A DNA stretch of 64,000 nucleotides from an uncultured Parachlamydiaceae bacterium (GTDB lineage: Bacteria > Chlamydiota > Chlamydiia > Chlamydiales > Parachlamydiaceae): the NCBI GenBank assembly GCA_963742415.1, contig CAVULX010000004.1, forward strand, positions 576,001-640,000, given 5' to 3'. Below, piece after piece: positions 58,658 to 64,000 of this stretch; within the stretch, counting starts at the first letter, position 1, and each line of letters begins with the position of its first letter. Both the position numbers and the translations under genes were made by a program. The notes under the pieces were generated by a model, which did not search any database, was not told the DNA's origin, and worked only from the letters and a program-made list of their open reading frames with translations.

Positions 58658-59191
58658 TTAAGCTTTCTTATAAAATTTCTTTTTGATCTCTCGAAGGCGG
58701 GGTTCGATCTCTTGACGATCTTTCCTATTCATCCTATCAATATATAAAACACCATTGATATGGTCATTTTCATGAAGGACCGCGCTGGCTTCCAATCCAG
58801 AAAACTCTTTTGTTAAACGATGCCCTTCCATGTCGGTATATTCCACACGAACTTTTATCGGGCGGATCACCTTTCCATGGAGCTTAGGAATCGACAGGCA
58901 CCCTTCATAATGTTCCCAAGCTTCATCGCTTACCCACAAAATTTTAGGGTTTAAAAAAACATGCAAAGTCCCTGGTATCCATGTGTCATTTGGGCCTTCA
59001 ATAGAAACACAGATCATAAAAAGGGCGATAGAGCGGTGAACTTGCGGGGCTGCCAGTCCTATTCCATCTTCTGCTTTCATCGTTTCGACCATGTCTGCAA
59101 CTAGTTGCCTTATGTCATCATTGATTTCGCTGATCCGTTCCGCTTTTTTTCTTAGGATTGGATCTCCATAATAGGCGAGTGAAAGTTTCAT
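58658..59191 (-). CDS. def: Peptide deformylase
   Basis: GIGLAAPQV, EGCLSIP, HENDHING. Confidence 0.96.
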   Translation of the reverse strand: MKLSLAYYGDPILRKKAERISEINDDIRQLVADMVETMKAEDGIGLAAPQVHRSIALFMICVSIEGPNDTWIPGTLHVFLNPKILWVSDEAWEHYEGCLSIPKLHGKVIRPIKVRVEYTDMEGHRLTKEFSGLEASAVLHENDHINGVLYIDRMNRKDRQEIEPRLREIKKKFYKKA

Positions 59192-59677
59192 ATAGATAGT
59201 ATTAAATAATTGAATATAATAGGCTTTCTAAAGTTATTATAATTGAAGCATGAAATTATTGAGTAGAAAAATTGTAAGCCCAAAGTTGAGGGCTTACTCT
59301 ATTTCACTCCCTATTATTTTTTGTGCAGGGTTTTTGCTTTGCGAACAAGGTTTACTGGAACACTTTGAAGCTTAGGCGGCTTTAGATAGGCCTGAAAATC
59401 TTTCAAATGTTGGAGGAGCAAAGCGACCGCACAAATGTTAAGATTTGACCAGGGGTAGCGCACTAAAATGTCTGTAGGGAAATAATTAAGAGGATCTATT
59501 TTTTTTCTAAAGGATGCACTGTTTTAATATCTTTTTAAAATTTTGAATTATTTCAAAAATTATATAGAAAGGCTGGATTATTTCAAAGAAAATTTAGCTC
59601 GATGGTTCGAATCTTTAGAGTTATATTAAATACAATGTTCAAAGAATAATAGAACATAAGTTGTTTTTGGATATCCG

Positions 59678-61138
59678 TTACTGAATAGCTTTGTCTTGAA
59701 AACTTAGAAGTTTAGGAATAGTTGGAGTAATATCATATGTATAACCTGTAGAACCAACAAAAAATACATTACTTCGATTTACAACAAAAATTATTGAGAG
59801 AATAGAATTTCTGATTCCTTTGGGATCTATAATCTGATGCTGATAGGATCTTAAATCAAGAATTTCCTCCTTAATTAAATCTGCTTCTTGCAATAACTCG
59901 AATTCATTGAGGTCATCCAAACCCCATAATTTTATGCTTCCATCCATTGCAGCACTAACAAGAGCAAATCCCTGTAACTCCAGATGTGTTATAGGAGCGC
60001 CCGCATCAATAACTTGAATACAATCCATTCGTACTTCTTTGGGAACCTCCCATACTTTTTTGGCATCCTCCCATATTCTTTTGGTATAGTTATACTTCCA
60101 TTGATAAAACCATATTTTAATGGTTTTATCTAATGAGGCTGTGGCAATGATTTCGCCAGTTTTTTTTGAAAATATATTTGACAATCCGAAGGTTTTTGTA
60201 ATCGCTTTAATCGCAGTAATTTTTGCTTCGTGGGCATCAGATACTTTAGATATTTTTTTAAAATCTGTTTTGCATTCCTTAGAATAACGCCCAGGGCAAT
60301 AGTTAATATCCCAAATAATGATTTTACCGGTAACTGAACCAGAAAAAATGGCGTAATTGTAATAACCTTCCTCAGTAGCTTCTATGGCTGAAATCCCATC
60401 AAAACAACTTTGAGATGATTCTCCTTCAGAAGGTTCTTCTTTTAAAATTTGGCAATCTTTTAAGATTGGGCAATCTGTACCCCTTGGAACCTGCCAAATG
60501 CGCACTGTACCATCCAATGATCCGCTGAATAGCAAAGCTAATGAGCCCTTAAATTGCATAGGGTCAACTGTCAACAATTTTAAGCAAGTTATCGGCTCTG
60601 TATGACCTATGAAGGTTTGTTCACGGTTAAGCGTCGCAGTTGAAAAAATTTTAATTGTAGCATCCTCAGAAGCTGTAATCAATGAAGGAGGTAAAATGGA
60701 ATGTATAGTGTCGAGAAGCTTCATACAAGTAATAACTTTTTGATGGCCGGTTTCATATTTCGTCCTGGACTTATCGTCAAAAGGATTGTTGAAACTACTT
60801 TTCGAAAAGAAGATCGACCGATTGATTGTAAAATAAAATCCCGTTTCATAATCAACATAAGGAGTACAATACGGAATCGTTCTTGGTACAATATTTCTAA
60901 TTTGAGTAATATTTTTTTTGAATAATTCTTTCCAAGATATTTGTTCAGCGTTTTGAGACACATTACAAAAATTTTTGAGAGTCAAATTCTTCCATAAGCT
61001 ACCATCATTACACAACCCATTCCAAAGTTTGGATACCGAGGAGATTATAGCCAATTGCTCAGGCGAAAAATTACTTAAGATTTGCAGTGAAATTTCATTC
61101 GAGAAATAACGGAGCGGGTCTATTGTCACATGATTCAT
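59678..61138 (-). CDS. F-box / WD40-repeat protein (eukaryote-like effector candidate)
   Basis: N-terminal F-box (EISLQILSNF...SSVSKLW); GH...TASEDATIKIF, SGSLDGTVRIW, TASLDKTIKIW. Confidence 0.88.
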   Translation of the reverse strand: MNHVTIDPLRYFSNEISLQILSNFSPEQLAIISSVSKLWNGLCNDGSLWKNLTLKNFCNVSQNAEQISWKELFKKNITQIRNIVPRTIPYCTPYVDYETGFYFTINRSIFFSKSSFNNPFDDKSRTKYETGHQKVITCMKLLDTIHSILPPSLITASEDATIKIFSTATLNREQTFIGHTEPITCLKLLTVDPMQFKGSLALLFSGSLDGTVRIWQVPRGTDCPILKDCQILKEEPSEGESSQSCFDGISAIEATEEGYYNYAIFSGSVTGKIIIWDINYCPGRYSKECKTDFKKISKVSDAHEAKITAIKAITKTFGLSNIFSKKTGEIIATASLDKTIKIWFYQWKYNYTKRIWEDAKKVWEVPKEVRMDCIQVIDAGAPITHLELQGFALVSAAMDGSIKLWGLDDLNEFELLQEADLIKEEILDLRSYQHQIIDPKGIRNSILSIIFVVNRSNVFFVGSTGYTYDITPTIPKLLSFQDKAIQ

Positions 61139-61204
61139 ATTTTAATCCTTTTAAAACGAGGGTTTGTTGAACCTGTAGCATATTTGAATTGGAAACATCG
61201 AAGC

Positions 61205-61534
61205 TCAGACAGGCCGAGTCCAAAAAAAATTCTTACCTTTTCCTTTCCAAGGCTCGCTAGTTCTAATTCCAGGCACGACATTTCTAATTTCAGTAATGCT
61301 ATTTTTAAAGAACTCTTTCCAAGTTGTTTTTTCACCGATCGGTAAAGGGATCTCACGGAAATAATTGAGAGCTAAGGTTTTCCAAAGGCTGTTCGTTTGA
61401 GAAATTTTATACCAAAGTGGACTCACTAAGGAAACAATTGCCAGTTGTCTTTGTGAAAAATTACTAAATATTTGAACAGAAATTTCTTGGGGCAAACCCA
61501 TAAACGGGTCCATTTTTGATGCTAGGGGATCCAT
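61205..61534 (-). CDS. Short F-box protein (possibly truncated paralog)
   Basis: LPQEISVQIFSNF...VSLVSPLW; closely similar to the N-terminus of 59678-61138. Confidence 0.75.
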   Translation of the reverse strand: MDPLASKMDPFMGLPQEISVQIFSNFSQRQLAIVSLVSPLWYKISQTNSLWKTLALNYFREIPLPIGEKTTWKEFFKNSITEIRNVVPGIRTSEPWKGKGKNFFWTRPV

Positions 61535-61844
61535 GGTTTTGATGCCTTTTTCTAAAGTGAAAGTGGTTTTCTACATATTGAAAGGAGATCATAGTGTGAA
61601 AAAGGATTACTGTGAATTGAATTTTAGTTTGAAGCTTCGAAACCCAAGCAGTTTCCTGATATTCGGTATGGCACCATTCATATTTAATAACCTGAACTTC
61701 GGGTTTTTATGCCCTTGGGGCTAGCGTAAAAGCTCTCGCGAATGTATAAATCATAAATGAGTCCATATTTTTTAATACGGAAATTTATTCACAAAAAATA
61801 TTTTTATATATATGTTTTTTTCATACAAACTATAGGAGGGAAAT

Positions 61845-63857
61845 ATGTTTGGTCTGGGGAATATAACTAGCTGGTGGACAGGGTCCAGTACGACAGTACA
61901 AACTGGTACGACAGAGCAAAATAGGGATACTATTTCGCCAAGTCCAAGCGACAAAGATATATTAATCAAAGAGAAATTGAACGTTATTGAAGATATCTTC
62001 AAAAATCCAAATACATTTAAAAATCGCACACTTGCAGAGCTTAAAGAGATTAAAGAATTTCTCACCTTAAATGAATGTCAAAATATATCTGAAAGCATAA
62101 AAAAAATAGACAGATTGATTCAATACAAACAATGGATTCATCTTTTAACGGGCACTCCTGAACAAAGATCGGAAATTTTAAAAACATTCCCTCATCCCAA
62201 TATTTTTTCTCATCCCAAAATAAGCTTCAAGAAAAAGGAAACCGAATTCTCTAGCATTGACCTCACAATAGAGCAAACGATAGCAGCCATTGAAAAAGAT
62301 GGATCTAAATTTTCAAAAATCATCCTTGGTCAAGCCAGCGATGAGTTATTGGAAAAGATTGCGGAAGTTTGCATAAATTTAACTAATTTAAACATAGTGC
62401 GCTCTCCAATAATTAAAGGAGACTTTCATCTTTTTACGAAGAAAGGATTGGCCGAAATCGGCAAAATAAAAAAACTGACTACGTTGAATCTTTCTTGTAT
62501 CTTGTTTTTTGATCCGGAATATCTTGAAGAACTATTAAACCAACCGAACTTGGTGAAAAATATTAAACACCTTATTTTGGATCCCGCCCCGTCTTCTCCT
62601 TATTTTGACTCAAGCTACTCGGCTTTGAAAAAATATGAAAATCTTGAGAAACTTGAGATCGACTGCTCTGTTGAAACAATTATTTCAATACTCCAAGAGG
62701 GAACTTTTGTACCCAAACTCAAGAAACTGCATATCAAAACTGATTGCATCACAGATGACCTGCTAGAAGCATTGAAGTCAGACAAATTGAAAGATATTTT
62801 GACAGATATAAAGTTATCCCGGAGTTGGGAGATTGAGTCTACAGGTTATTGGAAGGCAAAATCAGAAACTTTTCAAAAATTCTTACAAAATCAGAAAAAT
62901 TTGCTATCTTTCGAACTCTGTAACCTAATTCCAGTGGATGATGGGATCATGCAGCAAATTATTGCCATACCTTCTTTAAAAGCTTGCATAATAGGTAATT
63001 GCGAATCTGTCGATAATTCAGGATTCGATAAACTCTATGATATGAAAAAATTAGAAAAATTCTCTTTGAGTATGATAAATGCTTCATCTGAACCAAATAA
63101 TTTTTTCGGAGAGGTTGTATTATCTCAATTATGCTTAATCCCGCTACAACATCTTTATTTAGATTTTAAACATAGCGGGCAGATGAGTGCGAATGCCCTC
63201 GGAATTTTATGTCGGGGAAAGGAAATCTCCAAATCACTAAAGTCATTGACTTTATCTGGCATGACACACGCTAAGGTTGAAGGGGAAGAGTTTTCCGTCA
63301 TAGGAAATTTTGAAAATTTGGAGGAATTGTGCTTACAAAATTGCCCATGGGTCACTGATGACACGATAGAGAATTTAAAAACTAGACCCGCGACAAAAAG
63401 CTTACAAGTTTTAAATCTTGATACCGTTGGCATCACTAATAATTCCCTTCGCATTATTTTTTCTGACGAGTTTCCGAACATTTCAACGTTAGGCCTATCC
63501 AGTTGTCCAGCAGCCATGAATAAAGAAACGCCTTTGCTATTGATAAAGAGCAGTCTAAAAGAAAGACTTAAGGGGTTGGCTCTAAATGGGCTGAAAGTCA
63601 ACTTAGAGGAGATGAAAGAACTTGTTAAATCTCCTAAGTTGGTTGTCTTCCCCATAAGCAATAATTTTTCTATCTCTTTTAACACCTACTTTAAAGATTT
63701 TAAGGTTCCTGAAACTGTAAATTTTTTATATTTCGGATCTGGAGAAATAGACGTGTTTAAAGAACTACGTGAAATTCAACACTTGCTCAATCCCACACAA
63801 CAAGGGGAATTAGAAGGTTCTAGCAATCTAATCAAGCAACAAGAAAAGGCCTCATAA
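61845..63857 (+). CDS. Leucine-rich-repeat (RNI/F-box-LRR-like) effector candidate
   Basis: AGGAGG RBS; repeated L--L-L--C--(I/V)TD units; Ser/Thr-rich N-terminus. Confidence 0.82.
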   Translation: MFGLGNITSWWTGSSTTVQTGTTEQNRDTISPSPSDKDILIKEKLNVIEDIFKNPNTFKNRTLAELKEIKEFLTLNECQNISESIKKIDRLIQYKQWIHLLTGTPEQRSEILKTFPHPNIFSHPKISFKKKETEFSSIDLTIEQTIAAIEKDGSKFSKIILGQASDELLEKIAEVCINLTNLNIVRSPIIKGDFHLFTKKGLAEIGKIKKLTTLNLSCILFFDPEYLEELLNQPNLVKNIKHLILDPAPSSPYFDSSYSALKKYENLEKLEIDCSVETIISILQEGTFVPKLKKLHIKTDCITDDLLEALKSDKLKDILTDIKLSRSWEIESTGYWKAKSETFQKFLQNQKNLLSFELCNLIPVDDGIMQQIIAIPSLKACIIGNCESVDNSGFDKLYDMKKLEKFSLSMINASSEPNNFFGEVVLSQLCLIPLQHLYLDFKHSGQMSANALGILCRGKEISKSLKSLTLSGMTHAKVEGEEFSVIGNFENLEELCLQNCPWVTDDTIENLKTRPATKSLQVLNLDTVGITNNSLRIIFSDEFPNISTLGLSSCPAAMNKETPLLLIKSSLKERLKGLALNGLKVNLEEMKELVKSPKLVVFPISNNFSISFNTYFKDFKVPETVNFLYFGSGEIDVFKELREIQHLLNPTQQGELEGSSNLIKQQEKAS

Positions 63858-64000
63858 AAGGATACATTAGACCTCGTTCAAGCAGCTTCCGGGTATATGG
63901 ACTTACGGATCCAAAAAAATGTCCTCTATGAAAGAAGAATTTTATGCCGTCCTTACAGGACTCTGTTTTTTTTGCATTTTACCCAGGCCTTCGCTTCGCT

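Noticed and set aside
60880..61534. Duplicated F-box region as a DGR template/variable pair
   Set aside because: No reverse transcriptase in the window, divergence is not adenine-specific, and the repeat is N-terminal

Overview
This 64-kb window looks like the chromosome of an environmental chlamydia (Parachlamydiales-like). That assignment is inferred from chlamydia-type gene blocks (DUF1207 / LOG-domain / MYG1 / HIT; hrcA-grpE-dnaK with CIRCE; nadK-dxs-xseB-xseA-tpiA-secG-def) and from F-box and LRR effector-like genes. The housekeeping backbone includes menA, menG, dnaN, recF, tyrP, dnaK (two single-base frameshifts, probably sequencing errors), mnmH/selU, serS, Ku-LigD and smc. Three accessory patches interrupt it. 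(1) A tRNA-Leu islet bounded by a duplicated 42-bp hairpin, with an AbiEi/AbiEii pair (extended toxin) and an AlkB-like gene, followed by a VapBC/FitAB pair. (2) A region after recF with Tn3-like 38-bp ends, a membrane-anchored serpin, a 2OG-Fe(II) oxygenase and a 959-aa protein with two HEPN-like repeats. (3) An F-box/WD40 and LRR cluster at the right end. The most striking unexplained structure is a family of six intergenic long-palindrome elements with 42-110 bp arms and ~9-nt internal periodicity. They come in a simple and a nested form, show arm-to-arm concerted variation, lie shortly downstream of genes, and have no cognate transposase in the window.
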